A stretch of DNA of 64,000 nucleotides from a virus (lineage: Duplodnaviria; Caudoviricetes): IMG/VR virus record IMGVR_UViG_2831987924_000001; one strand, given 5' to 3'. A program made the translations under genes and the position numbers. Of this stretch, positions 47,249-59,089 are shown in pieces (within the stretch, counting starts at the first letter, position 1; each line of letters starts with the position of its first letter). Below the pieces are notes generated by a model that saw only the letters and a list, made by a program, of their open reading frames with translations, searched no databases and was not told where the DNA came from.

Positions 47249-50200
47249 ATGCCTAATAATGATTCTCTAAAAATACTGATAACCGCACAATTAGATGAAA
47301 ATGCTTCTAAAGATACTATTCAAAAACAACTTAATACAATTCAAAGTAAATTAAATCTAACAATAGGAATAGATGCTCAACAAATTAGCCAAATTGCTAA
47401 TCAAGTTAAACAGTTACAAGCACAATTTGAAAGACAATCAAAAGGAATAAAAATTATTGATGATGAGAATGTAATATCAAGTATAAATCAAATTAAAAAA
47501 GGAATGCCTGAAATATATACTTCTATAGATAAAGCACTTGAAAAATATAAACAGTTTGGTCAAGTTAAAATTGAAAAATCATTTGATCCTGTAACAAGAG
47601 AATTAAATGGCTTTACATTGCAATTGCAAAAGGCTCAAGGACTTATTGAACGCATTAAATTTGATTTAGTGCAATTAAAAATGCCAGATGGTACTCAAAA
47701 TGTATTCCAAGTTACAAATAGAAAGATTACTGATGATACAGAAAAAATTAGAGAAAAGCAATTACAACTAGAACAAAAAGTTGATACTCAAATACAAAAA
47801 CAAAATGAAAAATTACAACAGCAATTAGAACTTTTTAAACGTCAAGCAGAAATTAATGCAAAAAACCTACAAAGACGATATGGTGATGCAGTCGACACTA
47901 ATGCATTGAATAATTATTTAGCAAGTGTAAGAAGTTTAAGTGCTTCTACTCCAGATGTAAAACGAAAAATGGATGAACTTAATATGACATTCAAAGAGAT
48001 TTCTGCGAATGTCAAATCATCCTCTTCACATGTTTTAGATTTCGGGGAAGCTTTAAAAACAGCAATGGTAAATTTTGCCGTCTAGTATAGAAATATACTA
48101 GATTATTATCGCGGTATCAAGCGGGGAGGCTGAGATGCTAACCCGAACCGAAGGCTAGGTTTAAAAGCCTAGTCAGGGGCAGAGCATACGGACTGAACCT
48201 GCGAAAGCAGAATATAATGTCCGCACGAGACCGCGACACCCTAACACATTATGGTGAGGGTGAAAATGTATGCCGAGCTTGTGCGAATATGAAGCACAAG
48301 AACTATCGGATAAAAAGCCGATAGGGTAACATAACTGAAAATTCCCCGTCTGGCTAATTAGTGGTACGGCGATTGTGCAATCAATTAATTTCTTTCAAAA
48401 AGGTATTGAGTATGTGAATGAATTGAACAAGGCTCTCACAGAAATAGCAATTGTTACGGGACAAACACAACAAGAAGTTGCAAAATTGGGTGAAGAATAT
48501 AATAAACTTGCTTATCAAATGGGAGTCACTACTAACGAAGTAGCTCGTGCAAGTGTCGAATTCTTGCGTCAAGGTCTATCTCAAGAAGAAACAATGAAAC
48601 GTGTTCAAGTTGCTACAGAATATGCAAAAATTTCATCATTAGATTTTAATAAAGCAGCAGAAATTTTAACAGCTACAACAAATTCAATGAATGTAGATAT
48701 TGAACGTGCAGCAGACGTGTTTTCAGCATTGGGAGATGCGACAGCAACTGGTGCAGATGAGATTGGGATAGCTTTTCAGCGCGTTGGCGGATCGGCATCA
48801 GCTCTGAATTTGGAATTCGAAAAGGTGGCTAGCTGGATTGCAGTACTATCGTCAAGAACTCGTGAGGGTGCTGCTACTGTCGGTAAATGAGTTGCCGCCT
48901 AGCATAGTAATATGCTAGTGAAAATCTCCTCTAATTGACTTGGAAGCCCTAACAGATAATGCTGAGGGTGACAAGGCGCAAGCAGGCTGTGTGCCGTGCA
49001 GCGTGAACGACTGAACGAGGAGACTACCCTTTTGGGTAGAAGCGACAGTCTGAACTCTATGGAAACATAGAGAGTAAGGTTGAAGTGCCTTACCGCCATG
49101 TTAATACATGGTCAGTAGCCCTTTATTCGGGTGAAAGTAACAGAATGAACAGTATCAAAAGCATTCTTGCGAGAATCCAAAACCTAAAAGAAACAGGTTT
49201 TGATGAGACAGATGGTACACAGATAAACGAGGTTGCAAAAGCATTAGCTACAGTTGGCATACAATTAGTAGATGCAAATGGTCAATTTAGAAATTTTGGT
49301 CAAGTAATGGATGAGATTGGAAATAAATGGAAGAACCTAGATAGCAGGACTAAGGCTTATCTCGCAACTACCATCGCCGGGACGTATCAGCAATCTCGAT
49401 AAATAGATGTCGAGACTAAATCCCTTCTGATTAATTGGGGAAGTCCTAACGTAAAGCCGAGGATCACCCACAACAAGCAAGGTCTAATGACCTGTGCAGT
49501 TGCAACGACTGAGCGAAGGGACATCCTTATACAGAGGATGAAGCGACAGTCTGAACTCTACAGAAATGTAGAGAGAGAAGGTCGAGTGTAAAGACACTCT
49601 TGGAAGTACCTTCTCCGCCATACCTATTATCAATAGGTATGGTCAGTAGCCATTGACTGTTTTTCAATGGTGAAAGTAACAGTATGTTCTAAACCTTATG
49701 GAAGGTTATGCTGATACGATTCCACTATACGAACAAGCTTTACAATCGGCTGGCACAACACAACAAAAATTTAATACATATTTAGAATCAAATGAAGCAG
49801 CGTTAAATAGACTTAAAGCTTCGTGGGAAGGTTTATGGCAATCAAGTTTTGATTCTGAAGCAATTAGAGCAGGAATTAATATTTTAGATGGATTTGTAAA
49901 AGTTTTAAAAGCAGTAATTGACAATATCGGACTATTCCCTACCGTTATTGGTATTGCTACAGCTTCGTATTTGGCTCTTAATAATACAACCAGACAATCA
50001 ATAATGCAACAAGGTTTGCTGTCTGCAAGCTTAGTAAAAGCTGGAGACTCAATGAAAATTGCTTCAGGTGCAGCTAGAGCATATCAAATATCATTATATA
50101 ATCTTACTTTAGCTGCCAGAGGTGCTGGCGCAGCTTTAACAGTTGCAGGAACAGCTATAAGAAGTATTGGCACTTTCTTAGGAACTATTGCTCTCCCTAC

Positions 50201-53200
50201 CGCCGCATTCATGGCTCTTGGCTGGGCAATCGGTAAAGTTACAGAGAAAATTATCGAATATAAAGAACACCAAAAACAAATCAAACAAGAAGCCCAACAA
50301 CTCGCCAACACTTACGCAACAAATAAAGAAAAAATCCAAAGCCTTGCTGACCAATATGAACGTTTATCTAATGAAGTTCAAAAAGGTTTACGTCCTAAAG
50401 ACGATGAAGAATATTTAAAAGTACAACAAGAACTTTATAATTTGATCCCGACAGTCGCGTCATACGTTGATCAGAAGGGTCAAGCGCATTTACGCAGTGC
50501 AGAGGCTGTTCGCAAAGAGATTGACAGCATTAAGGAGTTATCTAAACTTGAAAGTAATAAATTCATTGACAATTTTTCTAACAATATTGACAAAATAAAA
50601 AATAAAATTGATAACCTACAAAATCAAATTAACAACATTAAAAACCCTGTTTTCGATGGCGGATTTACTATTCCTAATTACCAACCAACTTCAGAAGAAC
50701 AAATTGAAATTGCCATTAAGCAACGTGAAATTAACGCTGCTATTGAACAAGCAATCGGTTTATATAAACAATATGCTGATGCTTATGCGGATACTCTTGG
50801 TGTTAAAAAACAACTAAATGAAGAAGATAAAAAATATATAGAAACTATCATTGAAGAAAATCGCGCAAAATTATTAACGGCAAAAGGTCAAGAAGAAGTA
50901 ACTAAAAAGATTAAAGATTATATTGGCGAAGTTGGCAACGCACGTAAAGCAGTTGGTGATTTATTTACAGGCGAAGAAATTAGAAACTTTACAGATAAAC
51001 AAAAAGGTGTCATTGAATCTATTTCCAAATCTTTAAAAAACAGTTATACTGATTGGGAGCAATATAAAAAAGTATTGGAGCAAGTAGGATTTAGTTCTGA
51101 TCAAGTTGATAAAATTATTAACCGTCTAACAGGAACTACAAATCAACAAACAAACGCCAATATAAAAGCTGCCAATTCATTTGAAATATTAGCAGGTAAA
51201 ATTGATGAAAGTGGCAAAGCAACAGAACGTAAATTATCTGTATCTGAAAAACTGTTAGGTATTTCTAATTCTGAAATTGATGCGGCTTTTCAAGCTATCT
51301 CTACTTATCAACTTCTAAGCAATCAAGAAAATCTCAACACCCAACAATCCCTTATGCTTGCAGACGCTAAAGAATATCTTGCTAACCTCTATCCTCACCT
51401 AGTCGAAGGTACAGAATTAAACATCGCAGCAATGAGAAGAGAAGCAGAACAAAATCAAATCCTACTCAAAGCTATTGATGCACTCAAAGATGGTCATTTA
51501 ACAGCAGAGCAACAAATGACATTAGCAACAGCTCTCAATGCAAAATCTCGTTTACAAATTCTCATGCAACAAGCAGCAGTATATGAACAAGCAGCGCAAA
51601 ATTTTGCAAAAATGTCTGACGGTACAGACGAAAATGCAATTCAGGCTGAAAAATTCTATCGCAGAGCACAACAAAGTCAAGCAAGTTTAAAACAAGAAAT
51701 TGAAGCCATCATGCCTGACATGGATAAATGGATTCAACAATTAGCTGATGCAACAAATTATCAAGGACAAATATATCAAGCAGATGAAGAAGCAAAGAAA
51801 AAGAATAAAAAATCTACTGAAGAGTCTATTTATGTCACAGATAAATATAAACAAGCACTATCTAAACTTAATGCTGAAATTCAGAAATTGCAAACACTTC
51901 AATCAAAATACCCTAAACAATCAGAAAGTTATCGAAATGCTTTAAAACAAGAAATTACCCTTTTACAACAAAAGAAACAATTAATGCAAGAGCAAGCGAA
52001 ATCGCTTGAACAACAAATTAAGTCAGGTAAAATACAGCAAACAGGGATAATAAGTACAAAATCAACTAGTGTCAGTGGAAATAGTAAAGAAGCTATTATT
52101 TGGAACTTTTTTAAATCAAAAGGATTTTCTGATAGTGTTGTAGCTGGAATCCTCGGAAATCTAAAACATGAATCCGGATTAAGTACCACAATTGTTAATC
52201 CTACAAGTGGTGCAACAGGATTGGCACAATGGCTCGGTAGTCGTTTAACAGGTCTTAAAAATTATGCTGCTTCATTGGGAAAAAGCTGGACTGATTTAAA
52301 TGTACAACTTGATTACATGTGGAAAGAATTAAATTCCACAGACAAGAAAACGTTAAATTGGTTATTAAGCAATCAAGATGCAATTCCTTCCACAGTAGCA
52401 ACCATGTTTGAAAAATTATATGATCGCGCTGGCGGTGCTGGTTTAAGTAGTCGTATTTCCTACGCTAATCAATATTATCAAAAATTTGCAAACGGCAATG
52501 TATCTGGTGATGTATCTAAACAAATTGCAGAACAACAACAATCTATTGACCAAGCCAAAGAAGATTTAAATAGTTTGAAAGCAGAAATTAGCGATTTAGA
52601 TGCTCAAATTGCTGAACGATATATGGAAATCCATCGTTCCAAAATTGCTGAATTTGACTTAGCGCGTGAAAGAATACGTAATCATCAAGAATTGTATGAA
52701 TTAGAAAAACAATCTCTTGATGAAAATTCTAAAGCATATCGTCAACGCATTCAAAATCAAATTATTTTAGAACAAAAAACAAATAAGGCATTACAAACAG
52801 AGATTAAGTGGGCAGAAAATCAGATTAAAAATGATAAGAAGATTAGTGCATCTCATAAGGAAGAACTTCGTCAGTTTATTGCTGAACGTCAAAAAATGTT
52901 GAAAGAATCTAATCAGAAAATTGTTGAATGGCAAGAAGAAATCATAATAAGCTCTCTTCATGAGATGTATGAGCAAATAGATAAAGCATTTAATGCAATG
53001 GAAGATCGTGTAAGTCGTCTTCAACATCAGTTAAAAATGTTGGGTGATGTAGAATTTCATCCTTTTAAAATTGATATTATGACCGATGAAATTGATGCAT
53101 TAATCCAAGAACGTGAACAAACACGAAAAGATTTAAATAGATTAAAACAAGAACAAAAGAAACTAAAGAAAGATAGTAAACCTTATAAAGAAAATTTAGC

Positions 53201-54686
53201 AAAAATTGCAGAATTAGAAAAAAGATTAATGACCGTTGATGAAAATATAGTCCAAGCTGACGCAGACTTAAAAGATTATTATACTAGAGTTGCAGAACAA
53301 GTAATCGAAGCACAAAAAAAATATTATGAAGAAAAGAAACAAGCTGCTTTAAGTTCCCTTGATGCAGAGAGACAAGCAATTGAATCAACTTACGAAGCTC
53401 AAATGAAAGCAATTGAAGAAGCTCATGACGCTAAAATGAAAGCAATTGATGAAGAACTTAGAGCATTAGAAAAATTAAAAGATGAAGAAGATTATAATAA
53501 GCAATTAGATAAGTTAAACAAAGAAAGACAAGAGATTTTAAATAAAATTAATAAATTGGCACTAGATGATAGTCAAGAAGCGAATGCAAAACGTATAGAA
53601 TTGCAAAAACAATTAGCTGAAAAAGAAGATGAAATTAATGAGTTTAAACATAACCGAGAATATGAATTAAGACGACAAAATCTTGAAGATTTAAGAGAAA
53701 AGCTAAATGAAGAATACGAAAACGAAAGAGAAACACGAGAAAAGTCTTATGAAGACCTTACAGAAAATTTGGATAAGAGAAGAGAAGAAATCGAAAAGTA
53801 TTACGATGACATAATTAATGATACTCGAAGATGGGATAATGTTACTCAGCAAATATTGAGTGGGCAATTTAATAATTTACGCACAGAGTTAAACAATATT
53901 CAAGTTGATATAGATAAAACAATGAATTCAGCAAGTAGTTATGTTTATGAATTAGTTAAAGCGTTAGAAGATGCTCAAAAAGCAATGGCTTCTTTAGGAA
54001 ATGGTACTACAACCAATTACAATGAAACACATAAACAAATTAATGAAACATTAGATGATCCTGTTTATTGGGACGGTGCAGAACTAAAAGACGGACAAAT
54101 TGGTAGAATTAAAATTCTTAAACCAATCAATTTGTGGAAACGTGATGCACAAGGAAAATTACAATTTGTCCGTGTTTTAAAACCGGGAGAAGTATTTCGA
54201 GTATATGGATATGATGAAAAATACGGTGGTCAATACAATGTAGGTTCAGGATATTGGATTACCAATATGAAGGGATATGTTCAATACGAAACACCATCTA
54301 AAGAAAAATTACGTGAAGCACAAATGTTTGATACAGGTGGATACACGGGTGAAGATGAAGGATTAGCTTATTTACATAAAAAAGAAATAGTATTAAATGA
54401 AACAGACACTAAAAATTTCTTAGATACAGTCAAAGAATTGCGTTCATTTGACTCAATGCAAATTTTAGACTCACTCAAAGCAGCAACAATGAGTTTTATG
54501 CGTATTCCAAAAATACAATTACCTAATCTTTCCCCTGCTCTTGCAGGCGGTGGAACAATTCAAATTGATAATTTAATTCACATTGATAAAGTGGAAAAAG
54601 ATGCAAATATCAATATTGAAAAATTAGCAGACCAAGCAATTGATCGTTTAATAACTAAATTAAAACCGTATGGATTTTTTAAATAA
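47249..54686 (+). CDS. Tape measure protein; four exons 47249-48069, 48338-48884, 49148-49400, 49687-54686 (2206 aa spliced)
   Basis: Spliced junctions give TAMV-KFPVW, ATVG-NSIKSILAR and QQSRF-LNLM; TP901-type TMP core, phage tail lysozyme domain, coiled coils, C-terminal FDTGGYTG. Confidence 0.9.
48070..48337 (+). ncRNA. Group I intron 1 of the tape measure gene (268 nt)
   Basis: GGU|AA pairs with IGS UUGCC; P3 UCGCGGU/ACCGCGA; P7 GCAUA/UAUGC; terminal G; clearly homologous to the terL intron. Confidence 0.9.
48885..49147 (+). ncRNA. Group I intron 2 of the tape measure gene (263 nt)
   Basis: CGGU|AA pairs with UUGCCG; R element AACGACUGA, S element AAGCGACAGUCU; terminal G. Confidence 0.9.
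49401..49686 (+). ncRNA. Group I intron 3 of the tape measure gene (286 nt)
   Basis: UCUCGAU| pairs with IGS GUCGAGA; AACGACUGA / AAGCGACAGUCU; terminal G. Confidence 0.9.
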
Positions 54687-54731
54687 GGAGGGTTAATCCC
54701 TCCTTTCTTATTTATAGTGAGGTGATTCCTC

Positions 54732-55493
54732 TTGGATATGTATTTTTACTATAACGGAAAAACCAGCGAAGAACTTGGAGTTTATTTAGTTTCTTTAGAA
54801 AAAGGTTTACAAACAAGACCATTTTTAGCTGAGCGTGAAATCATTTCTGAACAAATTATGGGCAATGATATCCCTTATGTGTATGGAGTTAAATATAACC
54901 CCTTATCACTAAAACTAACTTTATCTTGTTTAGATGGCACATGGACATTTGAAAAAAGGCGTGAATTGGCGAGATGGTTAGATATTCAACAATTTGCTGA
55001 ATTTTATACAGCAGATAATCCAAGTCAAATTTATTACTTGATGTATAAAGGTGGAATTGATTTATCTTACAATGGAGAATTAAAGGGTTATATTCAATTG
55101 GAAATGCAAAACATTTCTCCTTATACATATAGCCCTGTTTACATAAAAACGTATGATTTATCAGACATTACCTCTCCTACTTTCATTGAATTTGCTAATG
55201 AGGGTGATAATGATTTAAAACCTGAAATTTGGATTTATAAAATTGGCGATGGTGATTTCTCTATTGTCAATTATTCAAACGGTGGTAAAGAATTTAAATT
55301 CACAGGTTTAGCAGATAAAGAAACGGTTTATGTTGATTGCTTTAATCGATATATTGAAACTGATATGCCTCTTACCTATCGTTACGATAATTTTAATGGA
55401 GAATATTTATCTCTCCCTAGAGGTGTAAATCGTTTATTAGTGAATAGCTCTTGTCAATTGCAGATTAGATATCAATTCGAATTTAAGGGATAA
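54732..55493 (+). CDS. Distal tail protein (Dit, YomH-like)
   Basis: FYYNGKTSEELGV..., LPRGVNRL; follows the TMP. Confidence 0.8.
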   Translation: MDMYFYYNGKTSEELGVYLVSLEKGLQTRPFLAEREIISEQIMGNDIPYVYGVKYNPLSLKLTLSCLDGTWTFEKRRELARWLDIQQFAEFYTADNPSQIYYLMYKGGIDLSYNGELKGYIQLEMQNISPYTYSPVYIKTYDLSDITSPTFIEFANEGDNDLKPEIWIYKIGDGDFSIVNYSNGGKEFKFTGLADKETVYVDCFNRYIETDMPLTYRYDNFNGEYLSLPRGVNRLLVNSSCQLQIRYQFEFKG

Positions 55494-55505
55494 GGAGGTG
55501 AAAAA

Positions 55506-58500
55506 ATGCTTGGAATAATTGATCGAAGTAAGCAACCAGAAAAGTCAAGATTATTTCTTTGTAAACCTAATCGACAAACAATTGCAGAATTGCATGAGGC
55601 TTATGATAAAAATATAAAAACATCTTACAACGGTATTCATGAATTAACTTTTAAAATCCCTTATGTTGTTGAAAGACATAAAAAATTTGTTAGGAATCCG
55701 CACATTGATTTAATTCGAGGACATTATCTGATTCGTTATGAAAAAGGAAACATTAAAGAATATTTTGTAATTGCTAAACCAAAAAATTCAACATCAGATG
55801 GCAAAGAGGTAAAAGAAGTTCAATGTTACCTTCTCCCCTATCAATTGAAAGATATACGAGTTAGATTATACAATGACACAAAACCTCTTTATGATCCTGT
55901 TGGCACAAATGGGATATTGAATGATACACTACTTCGCAAAACAAATTGGTCGGTTGGACATATTGATTCAGATATTTTAGTTAAACATCGAACAATCGAT
56001 GTTTCAGAAATGAGTATGATTGAGTTTATTGATAAACTATGTGAAGCATTTGATTGTATTGTTGTTTATGACACAGTAAATAAACGTGTTAACTTTTACA
56101 CAGAAGAAAATTATGGAAGTGATAAAGGACTAGTTATTGAATATGGCAAGTATTTAAAAAATATCGAAGATGATCCTGATTTTGATAATGTAGTTACAAG
56201 ATTATATGTGTACGGTAAAGATGATATTAGCATCAACAAATATAATCCTACGGGAACGGATTACATTGATTCATTTGATTACTACCTCTACCCTTTTGAA
56301 CGTGATGAAAATCGAAATGTAATTAAACATTCAAATTATATGAGTGATGAGCTTTGTCATGCAATATTGGATTATCAAGAATTTGTAAATACGAAACAAG
56401 GTGAGTTTACTCATTTATTGAATCAAAAAGAGTCTTTAGAACAGACATTGACCACTAAAGAAAATGAAATGTTTACACTTCAGACTGATTTACAAATAAT
56501 ACAAGATCAAATTGATGTAGCAATGGCTAATAATGAAGACACAACTCAATTAAATATAGATAAGCAAAATAAACAAAATGAAATTAACGCTAAACAAGCA
56601 GAAATTGATTCAATCAAATCTCAAATCGCCAATATTGACGGTCAAATTGAGGCATTAAAAAATGACATAAAATTAGAAAATCATTTCTCCCCTACCCTAC
56701 TTCAAGAATTAAATGAATATATTCATGAAAAAGTTTGGACGAATGAATACATTTATGATGAACAAGAATTGTATGAGGAAGCCAAAAAACAAATTATAAA
56801 AATGAATCAACCTATTGTTCATTATAAAATTGATATTGTTGATTTTACAAAAGTAGTTCAATGTCAAAGAGATTGGGATAAGTTAAAGTATGGTGATATT
56901 GTAACAATTCGATATCCTAATTTTAATATTAATATTAAAGCGCGGATTATTAGTATTGATCATAACGAAGACAATAACCAAATTAACATAGAAATTGCTA
57001 ATGCAAATGATATTAAAAATGGATTTCTTACATTAAAAGATTTGTATCAAAAATCAGTATCTACTTCTACTCAAGTAGATATGAGCAAATATAAATGGAA
57101 TCAAAGTGTTGAAAATGTAAATTCAATTAATGAAATTATAAATAATACATGGGATGCGACAAAAAGACGTATTGTTGCTGGAACAGATGAATCAGTTGAT
57201 ATTACAAGACGTGGAATTATTGTAACTAATCCTAAATTCCCTAATGAAATGGTCATTATTCAAGCTGGTGTAGTTGGGGTTTCAAATGATGGTGGAGAAA
57301 CATTTAAGAATGCGATTGTCGGTTCGGGCATAATTGGCGAACGTATCTTCGGTAAAATTATTGCAGGTGTTAATTTAACTATTGAAAATGATTCAGGGAA
57401 ATATAGATTCGATTCACAAGGTTTTACCATTGATGGTGGCTCTATTAATATCGTTGGGGGTTTACCAAAAAATCAATTAGACCCATCATTTGCAGATGGA
57501 TTAGTTAGCTTTGACCAAGATTATTCTAACGGTGTTCGAATAGATACTGCACAAGGGATTGTAGTAACAAGAAGTGATAATAGAGTTAAATCCATTTTTA
57601 ATGCCACAGATGGAATTAAAATTCAAGTTAAAGAAGGATCAAACTGGACGGATAAATTTTATTTTGATGCTACAACAGGAAATTTAAATATTGATGGAGT
57701 TGTAAATGCAAGAGACTTAAAAGTAAATGGAAGTAGTGTTTTGACTGCTGATAAATTAAAAATTAATGGTGGGGCAATAGACAAGATTAAAGTTGAACAA
57801 TTAGATGCTAGTACGGCAAAGATTACAACTGCAATGATTGAAACTTTAGAAGTTGGAAGAAATGTAATCCTTGGTGAAAATGCGTATATAAGCTGGAATC
57901 AAGTTACAAGTAAACCTTTTATTCCCCAAACCGCAAGTGATGTAGGAGCTTTACCTATTGATTCTCCAAGATTAACATATATTGATGCGTATGGTGTTTA
58001 TACAGGTACGGTACAAGCAAATAATATTGTTGGTAGTGTTTTTACAGTTGGTAACGGTACAGGGCAATCTACAAAATTAGAACTATGGACGGGAGATAAT
58101 AATGCTCACTACATAAAATCAACACAGGCAGCAGGATTTAGAATTGAATCAACAGGGTCATTAAGTCTTCAAGCCGGAAGTCGCTATGGTATCTATACGA
58201 ATGGCGCTCCTCTTGTTGCAAATGCGGGGCTTCGTGTCGATGGAGGAACGACGCAGTTTAATACAGGAGCAACAGTAAATGGCACTTTAAAGGCTACAAC
58301 AATATATGAAGGTGATACACCATTGTCAAGTAAGTATGCTCCTTATTATCATTCGCACAGCGAGTATGCAAGCGTCTCTCATGACCATTCTTATATCAAC
58401 GGTTACAGTTTCAGCTCAGCATATAAATTACAGTTTCCTACTTACGGCTGGGGCGGTATTCTTAAAGACTTGGCGAGTGGAATGGAAATAAAGGACAGTA

Positions 58501-58808
58501 GTGATTCAAGATACAAAGCTCTGTATGCTTCTTCATTTGTTCCAGCCTCAAGACGCGAATGGAAAAAGAATATTGAGTTAACACAGATCAATGCACTTCA
58601 GTTAGTGACAGAAACACCTGTATTTGAGTACAACTTCAAGGAAGAACCTGATGGTGCGATGAAATCGATTGGTTTGATTTACGAAGATAGCCCGATCGAG
58701 GTGCTAGACTTATCAGGTCGAGGCATTGACCTTTACGCTATGGCAAGTGTTCTTTGGAAAGCTGTTCAAGAATTAAACCAAAAAATGGAGGAGTTGAGAA
58801 ATAGATGA
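55506..58808 (+). CDS. Tal/tail spike protein with C-terminal peptidase S74 intramolecular chaperone
   Basis: VVTRLYVYGKD prophage-tail domain; SRREWKKNI...IGLIYED...WKAVQEL. Confidence 0.8.
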   Translation: MLGIIDRSKQPEKSRLFLCKPNRQTIAELHEAYDKNIKTSYNGIHELTFKIPYVVERHKKFVRNPHIDLIRGHYLIRYEKGNIKEYFVIAKPKNSTSDGKEVKEVQCYLLPYQLKDIRVRLYNDTKPLYDPVGTNGILNDTLLRKTNWSVGHIDSDILVKHRTIDVSEMSMIEFIDKLCEAFDCIVVYDTVNKRVNFYTEENYGSDKGLVIEYGKYLKNIEDDPDFDNVVTRLYVYGKDDISINKYNPTGTDYIDSFDYYLYPFERDENRNVIKHSNYMSDELCHAILDYQEFVNTKQGEFTHLLNQKESLEQTLTTKENEMFTLQTDLQIIQDQIDVAMANNEDTTQLNIDKQNKQNEINAKQAEIDSIKSQIANIDGQIEALKNDIKLENHFSPTLLQELNEYIHEKVWTNEYIYDEQELYEEAKKQIIKMNQPIVHYKIDIVDFTKVVQCQRDWDKLKYGDIVTIRYPNFNINIKARIISIDHNEDNNQINIEIANANDIKNGFLTLKDLYQKSVSTSTQVDMSKYKWNQSVENVNSINEIINNTWDATKRRIVAGTDESVDITRRGIIVTNPKFPNEMVIIQAGVVGVSNDGGETFKNAIVGSGIIGERIFGKIIAGVNLTIENDSGKYRFDSQGFTIDGGSINIVGGLPKNQLDPSFADGLVSFDQDYSNGVRIDTAQGIVVTRSDNRVKSIFNATDGIKIQVKEGSNWTDKFYFDATTGNLNIDGVVNARDLKVNGSSVLTADKLKINGGAIDKIKVEQLDASTAKITTAMIETLEVGRNVILGENAYISWNQVTSKPFIPQTASDVGALPIDSPRLTYIDAYGVYTGTVQANNIVGSVFTVGNGTGQSTKLELWTGDNNAHYIKSTQAAGFRIESTGSLSLQAGSRYGIYTNGAPLVANAGLRVDGGTTQFNTGATVNGTLKATTIYEGDTPLSSKYAPYYHSHSEYASVSHDHSYINGYSFSSAYKLQFPTYGWGGILKDLASGMEIKDSSDSRYKALYASSFVPASRREWKKNIELTQINALQLVTETPVFEYNFKEEPDGAMKSIGLIYEDSPIEVLDLSGRGIDLYAMASVLWKAVQELNQKMEELRNR

Positions 58809-58960
58809 TGAAGTTTGAATTTAATGAAGCACAACTTAATAATTTATTCGTGTTTTTAGATCGTGTAGAAATTAAAGGATTAAATGAAATTCAAGCTATG
58901 AATGAGATTTTGAATATTCTACATAATCCATTAAAAGAAGAAAATAAGGATAATGAATAA
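58805..58960 (+). CDS. Small hypothetical protein (51 aa)
   Basis: ATGA-coupled, GGAGGAG SD. Confidence 0.55.
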   Translation: MMKFEFNEAQLNNLFVFLDRVEIKGLNEIQAMNEILNILHNPLKEENKDNE

Positions 58961-59089
58961 AATATGCATTTTATAGTGACTTAAAATCAATATATAGTAT
59001 GAGTTGGATTGAATAAATACTATATATTGCGTTTTAGAGAGTGAGATTATAAAAATCTCACTCTTTTTATTTGTAAAGGAGGTTGTTCA

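Noticed and set aside
48338-49400. Exon skipping to give alternative tail lengths
   Set aside because: Exon 2 (547 nt), exon 3 (253 nt) and both together (800 nt) are not multiples of three, so skipping frameshifts.
29617-49697. terL and tape measure genes as frameshifted pseudogenes
   Set aside because: Each break is a structured group I intron whose removal restores frame and motifs.
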